From NCBI GenBank assembly GCA_950097015.1, contig CATNEN010000038.1:2232001-2296000 (forward strand): DNA of 64,000 nt, in the 5' to 3' direction. The stretch is from Macrostomum hystrix. Its lineage: Eukaryota > Animalia > Platyhelminthes. Positions 36,809 through 48,520 of this stretch are shown here, piece by piece. The position numbers were made by a program, and so were the translations under genes. The notes under the pieces were generated by a model. That model saw nothing but the letters and a program-made list of their open reading frames with translations, was not told the DNA's origin and did not search any database. Numbering within the stretch: the first letter of the stretch is position 1; every line of letters starts with the position of its first letter.

Positions 36809-37418
36809 TCAGATCCACATGGGATCACTGATTCTCAGATCCACATGGGATCACTGATTCTCAGATCCACATGGGATCACTGATTCTCAGATCCACATGG
36901 GATCACTGATCCTCAGATCCACATGGGATCACTGATCCTCAGATCCACATGGGATCAGTGATCCTCAGATCCACTTGGGATCACTGACCCTCAGATCCAC
37001 ATGGGATCACTGACCCTCAGATCCACATGGGATCACTGATCCTCAGATCCACATGGGATCACTGATCCTCAGATCCACATGGGATCACTGATCCTCAGAT
37101 CCACATGGGATCACTGATTCTCAGATCCACATGGGATCACTGATCCTCAGATCCACATGGGATCACTGATCCTCAGATCCACATGGGATCACTGATTCTC
37201 AGATCCACATGGGATCACTGATCCTCAGATCCACATGGGATCACTGATTCTCAGATCCACATGGGATCACTGATTCTCAGATCCACATGGGATCACTGAT
37301 CCTCAGATCCACATGGGATCACTGATCCTCAGATCCACATGGGATCACTGACCCTCAGATCCACATGGGATCACTGATCATCAGATCCACATGGGATAAC
37401 TGACCCTCAGATCCACAT
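36809..37418. repeat. 26-bp quasi-palindromic minisatellite, ~23 copies
   Basis: tcagatccacatgggatcactgatYc. Confidence 0.97.
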
Positions 37419-37889
37419 TTTGTCTACATTTGAGTACAGAAGCCCCTGGGATTAAGGATAAGCTTAGAAAATTAATTACTAATAATAAGTTAAAATCAAA
37501 ACATATTTTTTTCGATAACCAAAAGTGTCTTGCGAGCAACTCATTGTACTCGACCTGATGCTTAAGATTCAGATTGATTACCAAATATAAAAACATTTGT
37601 TTAATCGTTTCTTTAAAAACTAATTAAGTTAAAAAAACTTTTCCATTTTTTCAGTCAATATTATGTATAAAGTAATGCATTTCGTGCAAGAGCAACAATG
37701 TAAGTGTATTCGCTTAACACAAACAGAATTACTAATTACAAACAGAAGCTGGTTAACATGCACAATTTGTTCAATTATATTTCCGAGTTTACAAAAACAT
37801 AAAGAAAATTAGCAAGTTGAAAAAAACTAGAAGAGAGAATTTAGCCTGGGACAAGGACATGTAAAGCATGTTGTCAGCCTACTGGTATT

Positions 37890-38141
37890 TAGTCAGCTAT
37901 TATGATTGGTCCTCCACTGAGCCAGCTATTATGATTGGTCCTCCACTGAGCCAGCTATTATGATTGGTCGTCCACTGAGCCAGCTATTATGATTGGTCCT
38001 CCACTGAGTCAGCTATTATGATTGGTCCCATACTGAGTCAGCTATTATGATTGGTCCCATACTGAGCCAGCTATTATGATTGGTCCTCCACTGAGTCAGC
38101 TATTATGATTGGTCCTCCACTGAGTCAGCTATTATGATTGA
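37890..38141. repeat. 29-bp minisatellite, ~8.5 copies
   Basis: agctattatgattggtcctccactgagYc. Confidence 0.95.
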
Positions 38142-38877
38142 TATCAAGCTTGCTGTTCGTCAATCAACTACGTAAAAATGCGGCAGCCAGAAAATTGATC
38201 AAGAAAAGTTTTGCCGAAAAACGCGCAAAAAGCACAACTTTTAGTAATTAACTTGCAACAAGCGCCCATAGACAGAACACACAAAAACATGTCTGATTTT
38301 GCTGATAATGCTACTTTCAGTACAGTGCTCATAATTCTTTCTGCAAATAACATTAAATAGAGGTGAGATTCTGGCAAGGATTTGGTCAGTTTAAATGATG
38401 TCTACTTACAATTGGACAAACAGAGTGGCATAGGGATGGAACATTGAAGCAAACTATAAAATTTAAAGCTACAAATGGGTTAAACAGCTAAGCACTATTA
38501 AATATGCGTATTTTATTGCACACATTTACAAACAAGCCTTTTGTAAGCCAGTTTACACTACAGCTCGATATGAACATGCAGTAAATTGTAGAGATTCTGG
38601 CTGAGTGCAAAGAGATTGTTGTAAAAGATGTCTTGCATATAGAAGAGCTTTTTTAGTTATACAATTGCTGCTGCGATAAAAGAATGACAGCTCTGCACTG
38701 CTAACAAAAAAGAAGATAATGCACTAAAAAGTTGAACGCAGAATTTTTAACAGCACGCCAACGAACAAACAGGTTTGCGAGAGCAAAAATAGTCTGTCAG
38801 CACTGGGCAACTGACAGCTTGCAATCTGTTCAGGCATGTCTGGTCATTTACACAGTCGACTATTTACAAACAGCATC

Positions 38878-39205
38878 ATGATCAAATCTTTTTAGTCATT
38901 ACCCTGCAATATGATCATTTGAGTCGGTCATTATCCTACACTATGATCATTTGAGTCGGTCATTATCCAACACTATGATCATTTGAGTCGGTCATTATCC
39001 AACACTATGATCATTTGAGTTGGTCATTATCCAACACTATGATCATTTGAGTCGGTCATTATCCAACACTATGATCCTTTGAGTCAGTCATTATCCTACA
39101 CTATGATCATTTGAGTTGGTCATTATCCTACACTATTTTATTTGTAGTCAGTCATTCTCATCAACGAATATAATTTAAGTCGGTCATTATTTCTAACTCT
39201 GATCT
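38878..39205. repeat. 32-bp minisatellite just downstream of the LDB stop
   Basis: atgatcatttgagtcggtcattatccaacact, ~8 copies. Confidence 0.92.
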
Positions 39206-39295
39206 TGAAAAGACACGAAACAAAAGGACTAAAAAAAGCAATCAGCTGTTGATAAGCACAAAAGAAGGTACTAAAGAAAAGTTGCCAGAAGATTG

Positions 39296-42200
39296 TTAGC
39301 AGGGTGAAGGGTTACTCAGACCCATCGGGGTGTTGGGCTTACTGCGACATGAAGTCGCGCTGCCGGCTGGTGAAGGAGCGGGTTGCTGCAGCTGCTGCTG
39401 ACTGCTATTTGACACGGGCGGGAGCGGCGGCGGAGGTGGCTGCTGCTGCTGTAGAGGAAGCTGGTGCTGCATCATCATCATTGGAGGTGGTGGCAGCATG
39501 CCCATCTTGCCGGGTCCACCATTGTTATTGTTGTGAATACTATTGTTATTGATGTGATTGAGGCTGTTGCTGTTGTAGTGCATTGTGGCTGACACTGGGT
39601 TGGACCTGCTGGGATCAAACTGGGCATTCTCCAGCCGGGTGATCAGTCGCTCGTCGGCCTCAGCGCCAGCTCCGCAGCCCATCATGGTCGGCTCCGTCAC
39701 CACCATGACGTCGGCCGGGCCTAGCATTGCGCACGAGTTGGCAGCCGCCGCAGCTGCCGCGACAGCAGCAGCCGAAGGACTGGCTCTGGCTGCCTTCTTG
39801 GCCGACTGCTGACCGCCCCCGCCGCTGCTGTTGGACAGGGGGCCGCCGTCTGCCGCCGAGCTGGCCTTGCGCTTCTTGCCTTTGCCCGCGCCTCCTTTAG
39901 CTCCCGCCTTGCCGCCGGCTCCCGCCTTGCCGTTCGCCTTGCCGCTGCCGCCTGCAGCCGCTTCAACGCCTGACGCCACTGATGCTAACGTGGCGCCGCA
40001 GCCGACACCGACGCCGCCATTAGCCGAGGCTGGACCGTTGGGCCCGCCGCCGGTCTCTCTTTGCCACTTCCTGTAGAGCGCATTGTGCAGGCACTGCCTT
40101 GGCGCGTGGCCAAACTGGCGCTGCATGGCCATGAGCTCCTGCATTGGCTGCAGGATGGCTGACAGCCTGGCAAAGTGCACCAGATCGTTGGGCACCCCGG
40201 CTCTGGTCATGTTTTTCGAGGCCATGTCTAGCAGGGCTTTGGATGGACCGTGATGGTGCGGCATGTGATGTGAGTGCGGGTGAGGCAGCGGGGCCTGCAG
40301 CATTAGGCGGGGCACGAGCTCGCGGAAGCCGCGGACCTCCATGCTCCATAGGCGAACCCGCATGTGATCGTCCATGATGAACTCGATGTTCAATGCGATG
40401 TCGGTTAGCACCTAAAACAGAGTGCACAAGATGTGACATGCAGCTGTGGCTACTGATAAGAATCATATTCACAGGGGTTGGCCCTCTATAGGGTGAAAAA
40501 AGCACGAAAGTCCACTAATGCATTATCAAAGCGGCTGCTACCACAAACGTATGTGGCCTCGCCGCTGATACAAGCTCAAGCCCTATTAACTAACTGCACT
40601 ACTAGCAGTACTAGGAGGTTGTAGCGTTAGGGCGTCGGACTTATGAATTTAAGGTTGGGGGTTCGATTCCCGACTCATCTAGAACATTGTGTGTCCCTTA
40701 GCACTTAATTCTGCATTGCTTCAGTTCACCTTACTACGAGTATTAAATGGGTAGCTGGGATAATTAATGGTGAGTGTGGCGCTCCCCCCAGTCGATGGAC
40801 TGAATAGCCGTATGCTGCTTTCATATGTGCCGCGCAACAGCTGCGGCTGTGCTGTCGGCTGCACATCTGGCCCAATCGGGGCAGGTGTAATCAATTATTA
40901 TTATTGCTATTATTACTACTAATAGCAATAGAATTGTCTGAATTGTGGAATTACCTTGCACATGACTGGCTGCACTCGGTAATAGCTGGTGACAAGCTCT
41001 CCAGCCTGACAGGACAGGACCAGCAGTGGCGGCACCGGGGGCCCAGGTCTCGGCGGCGGACCAATCAGAGACTCGTGAGGAGCGCGCAACCAAAAATAGG
41101 CCTCGTCGCAGCCTTCAAGCAGGTGGTGAAAGAAGCGGGGTATGAGGACGCGGCCGATGGCGTAGGTCTTTGGCCCCGGCTCGTCAGGCAGTGGGCCGAA
41201 TGACAGAATCATAACGGCGTCGTCCTCGAAGAACTCATTAGCGAAGCTGTGCCACCAGAGGATCGGGGTGTCTCGGGGCCGCTGCGACAGTCGCTTGTTG
41301 ATCTCGTGAACTCGGAGATCGGCGGTAGGAGGCGGAGGCGGCGGCGGCGGGGGCGGTGGAGGCGCCATCGGGTGGTGATGATGGAGAGAATGCTGTGCAG
41401 GATGCATCTGATGCGGATGATGAAGCTGATGATGAGGCGGCATAGGCGGCATCGGAGGTCCAGGATGATAGCCCGGATGCGGCGGTCTCGGCATGCCATG
41501 AGGCGGAGGCGGCGGTCCCGGATGCTGATGATGATGAGGCGGACCCCCCATCATAGGCATGGGAGGTCCGTAGCGATAAGGGCCTGGACCGGGGCAGCCC
41601 GGCTGTGAATGCGGCGGCATCAGGACGCCCTGAGAGTGATGAGGCAGAGGAGGCGGCAGCTGCGGCTCCGGAGTGTGGATGGAGTGCCCACTGCCGGGCC
41701 GGGAGGACTGGCGAGACTGCAATGAGGTGTCACGCGTTTATTATAACCTAGTAACTAGCAATAATAAAACATTTATATTGAAACTATAATATATTCGGCA
41801 AATTAGAAGTGGCAATCATCAACCTTTCGAGTCACTACATTACTGCCTTTTTTATTATGCTCTAGACAGAGTAGAATCACATGACAGTTCTGAATCAAAA
41901 ACTATTTTTTTGATATCTGCTGCTATATTAAGGCCTATTCTTTATAATTGAAATGGCTCAGTTACTCGAAAGCTTATCAACATAGTCATATAGCCATTTA
42001 AAAGATATACGCCTGATTTTTAATACAATTTGGAAAATACTTGACTAACACAAATCATTCAATAAGAAAAAGTTTCCAGACTTTCTGATTTGGTAAAAGT
42101 ATTTTAAAACTTATTCCCATGAAAGATAAAGTAGCTAAGCATGAGCCATTGGCATTTTATTTTTAAATGTCATTAGGGAATTGCAAGAAATCAAACAAAG

Positions 42201-44157
42201 CACAATGTGACTTGTATCTCAGCTAACCTTTGCAACTCACTCAAACAAATTGATAAATCAGCCAACAAAAATCTGTTTGAATTTAGATTAAGAGAGAGAC
42301 CTATTGTGGCACTTTTTTCTTGCATATGCTTCTATCAACCAAAGCAACCAGCCTACTGTCCAGACCTTGCCATTGCTGATTTCTATTTGTTTGGCCCAAT
42401 GAAGATGCTGATTTGAGGCAAAGTCTTCACCACATGTAATAAGGTTATCAATGTTGTTAAAAATACATTAACTAGATGCCACAGTCCAGAAGGTCGCCTG
42501 TATTTTGGTCTTCAATGGCTGTTGGCATACATTTAACATACATTTAAGAATATAAATCAAGTTGGCATACAAACCAGTTTCAACCTGTTATCTACTTGGC
42601 ATATGCAAGCGCAAGTGAACTTAAGCACTGTTCAATAAAATGAGTAAATCTTGCTTTTAAATGAAATATGTTGAAATTTTTTAGATCCTGATAATTAGGA
42701 ATAATTCTACTTTCAAATGTTTGCTTGCCTTTAAATTAGCATTTGTTATGTTTTAACTTAACTATTCATTTTGTTTTGCATTGGAATATTTTAGGCATAC
42801 ACTGAGCAAAATTTTTGGGAGTTGGCATACAAGGACTAGGCATACAAAGGCAATAATAGAAAAAAATATAAATTTTAGTTCAGTGTATACTGCATGCCAT
42901 GATTGTAACTATGGGCTAGATATAACATTCTATGAGACTGGCTTTTATTAAGCACTACCAAAAGTCCATTGACATCAATAGAAAATATATGGAATGAGCC
43001 AGTCCCAACCTAGGTGGCACTATGCAGAATGTCAACATCAGTAGCAACAAGTAATAAGTTTAAACTTATACATCTTATTTAAAAAACCATGTGACCATGT
43101 ACCCTTTACTCTTGAAGATGTAGTGTATGCCGGATTCCTCCAGCATACACCATGGCTTAGGCCAATTTGGTGTACAGTTTCTGGCATACAAAAACTCTGA
43201 AAAATGTAATGGCATACAGAGTAACAACTGGAAAAGTGCAACTTTAATTGGCATACAGTATTATAAAAGCCTAACAAAATGTAACTTGTAAGATAATGTA
43301 AGACATTTAAATATTTTTATATCCTCTGCTCGCAAATATATATTAGTTTGCTTTGTAATAAAAAACAAATTACTAAAAATGCCAGCAAATAAAATATAAT
43401 GATTATTACACAGCTTGCAGAAGTGAATTTGTTTATTTTGTTTTACCTTTATCATGCAAATTGCTTCGACCAAAACGTATTGATCTACATCATACATTTT
43501 TGTAATTTTTGTCACAGCAACAACAGTGCAAGAAAGTTAATGAAGAAATTCTCAGTTGACTGCTTTTGGCGTACAATTATTTTGTGCTGAAAAACATTGG
43601 CGTACAATGGTGTACATTACATTTTATTTTACTTTCTGCCTCCGGCGTACACATAGCATGATCAAGACTATGGCATGTACATGTACCTATTTGAATTGGC
43701 TATTAGTTTTGTTTAGTATGTGTAACTGCTATGCCACTTTTCTATTTGATGGAGCAGATTTACAAGAGGAAGTAGGTAAAATTTCAGCTCATTTTATCAT
43801 TTGGACATTCTGTCAACCACATAGGCCTATGGCAAACACAGTCCAGAGAAATTTGCAACATCCCTTAATGCCATATTTAAAAAATTAGACAAATAAAAAA
43901 GACTCAAAAAATATGCATATGAATATATGATGTGGCTTTAGCTAGACAACTAGAAGACTTATAAACTCTAGCTTCTGTTAACTATTATCATAATATCATT
44001 CCTATTTTAAACAATTATGTGAAACAAACTGATCCTGATCCTATTATTAAATATACTTCTTGATATCACACCATGTAAATATCCAGAATTAGCTAACTTT
44101 TTCTTTATCACCTATTACCAAAAATGTTTTAGGAGCCTTTTCTTCTTGATTACCCAT
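39296..44157 (-). CDS. LDB: LIM domain-binding protein (LDB1/2, Chip)
   Basis: Exon 41716-40954 (LRVHEINKRL..WWHSFANEFFEDDA..YAIGRVLIPRFF, dimerisation domain) and exon 40412-39296 (ILQPMQELM..PRQCL; DVMVVTEPTMMG..DERLITRLENAQFD, LIM-interaction domain). The first exon 44157-44119 (MGNQEEKAPKTFL) is tentative. Confidence 0.93.
40612..40765 (+). mobile_element. Family B CORE-like tRNA SINE in LDB intron
   Basis: GTTCGATTCC B box then tgtgtcccttagcacttaattctgcattgcttcagttcacc...taaatggg. Confidence 0.7.
42340..42520 (+). mobile_element. Mariner transposase remnant
   Basis: QPAYCPDLAIADFYLFGPMK resembles the mariner YSPDLAPSDY.LF motif; followed by an in-frame stop. Confidence 0.75.
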
Positions 44158-45580
44158 TATTTTCGTTATCCTGCCTCAAGTCAAAGATAAACTATCTCGG
44201 ATGATGGAATCTGCTAAACTGCGACCTAAAGTGTGTGCTACTAAGTAGGGTCAAATTAGCAGATCTTAGCCAGAATTGAAGTCCCTCAAAAGGGGTTTTG
44301 TTACTTAATTGGACATATATTTATTTTGTAAAGTTAAAATAATTTAACGAATGGGAACTAGGCCTAAACATACTTAAGCACAAAATCACACAAATGGGCG
44401 AAACAGGAACTGTTATGCTTCATAGGTTTCAAATATGTATCAATTGGAAGGCTCTTAGTAGTCCTTAGGCTTTTATGTTAAGAAAGCACGTAAACACACA
44501 CATAAAGCACAATTATGTAAATTTATTTATTAACACATGCATCGAATGAAACAATAAAGTCGAATAAAAATGCAAAAATTGCTCTCAACTGAAAGTCAAA
44601 AACTTTATATTGCGTTTATATTTTACAATTTTAAACAAGCCAAAGCTTTTCTTGTGTTGCGCTACCTAAAATAACTACAACTGAAAGGCTTGAAACCATA
44701 AACATGAAAGCTTCTATTAAAAAATTGTTTTAATATATAAAACTGCAAAACTATCCGGTTTTAAATTCCTCTAAAATTACTTAATATAGCCTAATTTAGA
44801 TCATGCCATAGAAAACTTTGTTTACGCAAAAAAATCATTCTGTTAGCAAATAATGTTCTAATATGTTTCGAAGAAGCGTTGGATTTTTTGCTAGATTTTG
44901 GTCGTCTATGAGCATTAAAAATCAGCATATTGTGGAAAGTTTCTTTCGATTCACCGTCGTTCGACTCGTTACATAACAGCGTGTACAACGGAGCCATGGA
45001 CACTTTAATAAGTTATATATTATGCATGCAAATACACATACGGATTTTAGCGGAATAAGATACGTTTCTTTATTATAACTGCGTCTAATTATATATTATA
45101 TCAAGCTAATATACGATCGGTCTTGTTTTTATATAATAATACGATATCAAGCAAATAGTTTTGTTTTATATAAAAACTTTTCGCAAAAAATAAAGAAGTC
45201 GCTTCACTCTAAACGAGTTTTTTATTTTTGCCATATATAGACATATCGGACATCCGTGTTATCAACATGTTTGCTGAACATGTTCAAAGATGTAAATAAA
45301 CTATGTACCTTAACTTGCAGCCTTAATGAAATACTTTATGTTAAAATTTGAAGTATACGAGAATTTAGGCCTCAGATAATATTCTCAAAAGAATGATCTG
45401 ATGAACTTGCTTAAGAGAGCTAAACAGCTTCTGAAAGCTCAATATTATCACATGCTATAGGCCCGAACAAGTAAGTTATTATTATTATATATACTATACT
45501 TTCATCGGCTTCCAAAATTGAGCATGACTATAGCCGCCATTGTCGGGGGCATCCGGATTGCAGCGCTGGTGTTGGTCGCT

Positions 45581-45936
45581 AGCAGTCAGCAGCAGAGATC
45601 CCCTGTTTCGGTGCCTCGAGCTCTGCATGGAAGGCCGCTGGCAATCACTCAGAGTTTAAAGTGCAGAACTGCAGCACCGCCAAGAAGACCTTCTGTTGCA
45701 CTGCCAACAGAGTCAAAAACCAATTGCCAGTTCAGAAAGCAGTTGCCAGGATACCATTGAGTGCTCCAGAGTCTGAGTTGATCACAGCCTCATCGAAATC
45801 CTCGGCTAGTAAGCGAGTCATGCCTATTCGTCGTTCAGAGCCAGCTGAGGAAAAAATCATTCGAAGTTCGATGAGCGACGAATCCAAGAAGCGGCTGCTG
45901 ATTTTTAGGGCTCTCGGACCTCCAGTGCGCAGCTGA
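45581..45936 (+). CDS. Possible terminal exon of an unknown gene divergent from LDB
   Basis: GC-richer open frame of ~118 codons after an AG; upstream donor gtaagt at ~45471. No recognisable motif. Confidence 0.25.
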
Positions 45937-46224
45937 TGATGCCACATGCTTTTCTTTCGCGTAAAACATTTTAAACAAAGGCAATCGTATCAACAAAGAT
46001 TATCAACGAGTGCAACGAAAATATTGTTTAGACCAGATCGTTGAACCAAAAGCTAAAAATAATTTTATTGAAACTTAACAAATGTTTAGCTGTATGCATT
46101 TATGGATAAGCTGACTTATAAGCCGAAAGTATAGAAGTATAGTTTATATTATCCTGTGCATCAGGTAATCAGTAATTGCACTTTATTTTATAGTTTGCAC
46201 TGCCGGTAGTCGACTTTACTGTAG

Positions 46225-46550
46225 GTCGGTTTGGTTGGTTGGTTGGCTGGTTGGTTGGTTGGTTTGGTTGGTTGGTTGGTTGGTTGGTTGGTTGGTTGGT
46301 TGGTTGGTTGGTTGGTTGGTTGGTTGGTTGGTTGGTTGGTTGGTTGGTTGGTTGGTTGGTTGGTTAATTGGTTGGTTGGTTGGTTGGTTGGTTGGTTGGT
46401 TGGTTGGTTGGTTGGTTGGTTGGTTGGTTGGTTGGTTGGTTGGTTGGTTGGTTGGTTGGTTGGTTGGTTGGTTGGTTGGTTGGTTGGTTGGTTGGTTGGT
46501 TGGTTGGTTGGTTGGTTGGTTGGTTGGTTGGTTGGTTGGTTGGTTAATTG
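46225..46550. repeat. (TTGG)n tetranucleotide microsatellite
   Basis: About 80 units. Confidence 0.99.
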
Positions 46551-46603
46551 GTATGCCATGCGCTATCGCCATCAAACACCACCATTAGTTGATCCTGGGC
46601 CGT

Positions 46604-46923
46604 CAATCTATGGCCTCCTCGTCGATTCTTGGCAGTCGCGTGCTCACAGTCAGCTCTGGCCTTGCATGGGAAAATCAATAAGAAAACGATCTCATCAAAA
46701 TTTACATTATATGGGAAGGCTTAAAATTGTAAAACCACAAGCCAGAAAAAACCCCATTGTGATCGTACCTTTTTTCAGACTGCTGTCTGGCTATGAGCAT
46801 GTCGTTCTGAAGTTTGTAACAGAGGAATATGATGACAATGATCAGTATTGTGAGGCCGATCATACTGGTCATGACGCAAGCCGCGACCCAGCTAGCCAGA
46901 TCCCTGTGGTTTGGCCGCGGCAT
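46604..46923 (-). CDS. Small single-pass membrane protein (~70 aa, 2 exons)
   Basis: MPRPNHRDLASWVAACVMTSMIGLTILIIVIIFLCYKL hydrophobic helix; donor AAAG|gtacga at ~46768; tentative second exon RPELTVSTRLPRIDEEAID*. Confidence 0.45.
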
Positions 46924-47082
46924 GGCAGAAGCACTGCTCGGGCACTTTACGATTGAGTGAGTCGACACTTTGATTGAGTCTGGCTTTAAATCTAGTTGGA
47001 GCTGATTGGAGGAATCAGTTTCGTCATTGGATGATGTGGCGGCAGCCAGCCAATTCTTGGTGTCGTTTGAATATTGAGGATT

Positions 47083-47495
47083 TTATCGAACAGTGTCACC
47101 TGTTATCAACAGTAGTGTCACCTGTTATCAACAGTAGTATCACCTGTTATCAACAGTAGTATCACCTGTTATCAACAGTAGTATCACCTGTTATCAACAG
47201 TAGTGTCACCTGTTATCAACAGTAGTGTCACCTGTTATCAACAGTAGTGTCACCTGTTATCAACAGTAGTATCACCTGTTATCAACAGTAGTGTCACCTG
47301 TTATCAACAGTAGTATCACCTGTTATCAACAGTAGTATCACGTGTTATCAACAGTAGTGTCACCTGTTATCAACAGTAGTATCACCTGTTATCAACAGTA
47401 GTATCACGTGTTATCAACAGTAGTGTCACCTGTTATCAACAGTAGTGTCACCTGTTATCAACAGTAGTGTCACGTGTTATCGAACAGTGTCACCT
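47083..47495. repeat. 22-bp minisatellite, ~18 copies
   Basis: RTCACCTGTTATCAACAGTAGT units bounded by a 19-bp direct repeat. Confidence 0.97.
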
Positions 47496-48520
47496 AAGAG
47501 TATGCATGTCACATAAAAAATCGTCGATTAAAAATAAACATAATTTTTAAGTTATAGACACAAACGAATTTTGTATAAGAGCCGAACAAATTAATAAATT
47601 CGGTTGATGACAAAACACTTTAATACATTTGCTGTCGAAATAGTCAGCGGAAAACTGATCAGCAACTGCTTAATTGTGTTCAGTTCCAGCTGACTTTCTT
47701 AGTTAGTTTCATGTGATCTAAAAAATGTTGTTTTTGATACAATCAATTGCTAAAATGTGCGCGTTTAATCAAAAGGCATGCAATTTTTCTGATGACAAAG
47801 ATTAACAATGAGATTAAGAAAAATGAAGTAGAGTCATAAAGAATAAATACTTGTAGTTTACCCGCTTGCATACTATATTTTATTTACCCAAACCAAAATG
47901 TTAATCAATTTCGTTATAACAATGCGAAAAGTTCTGTCTAGTTCTTAGTTTAAATTTTTAAAGAAATTTTGAGCATTTTGTGTTTTTTTAATTAAAGAGC
48001 TTGAATTGATTATGAGTTGCGCGAAGCGGATTCAACCCCACTCTAATTAGTTGACAAGTTGATTGAGTCCACCAACGGATTGCAATCAATGAAAAATTCA
48101 CTTGTTGGGATGGGAGAAAAATGGATTGGGATTAAGAAAGCTTTTGCATGCTAAGCTAGAAATATTTGAATAACTCTTTAGTTTAATTATTAACGTGAAT
48201 TTCAAAACGAAATAAAAAACTGGGAAATTAAAAATCTGTGAGCAGCGACTCGATCAGATCTGTCCCGATACACATTAACTAGTGAAATAATGTCAATTAA
48301 ATTAAGTCTATATGAGATGACCCATAGCTTCTCTCAACAATAACTCAATAAATTATAACAAATGTCATTTTCGATCAGTATTTGTCACTCATAAATCACT
48401 CCAAGCAAATGACATAATAAATTAACTGAATGAGACGATCTCACACAGAGTGCCACTTCTTGGACTTTTATGCGATGGACTCGAATCGTGCTCACTACTC
48501 ACTCCAGCCAGTCCAGCTGC

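Noticed and set aside
46188-46588. ORFs (TNQP)n and (VGWL)n
   Set aside because: (TTGG)n microsatellite artefacts.
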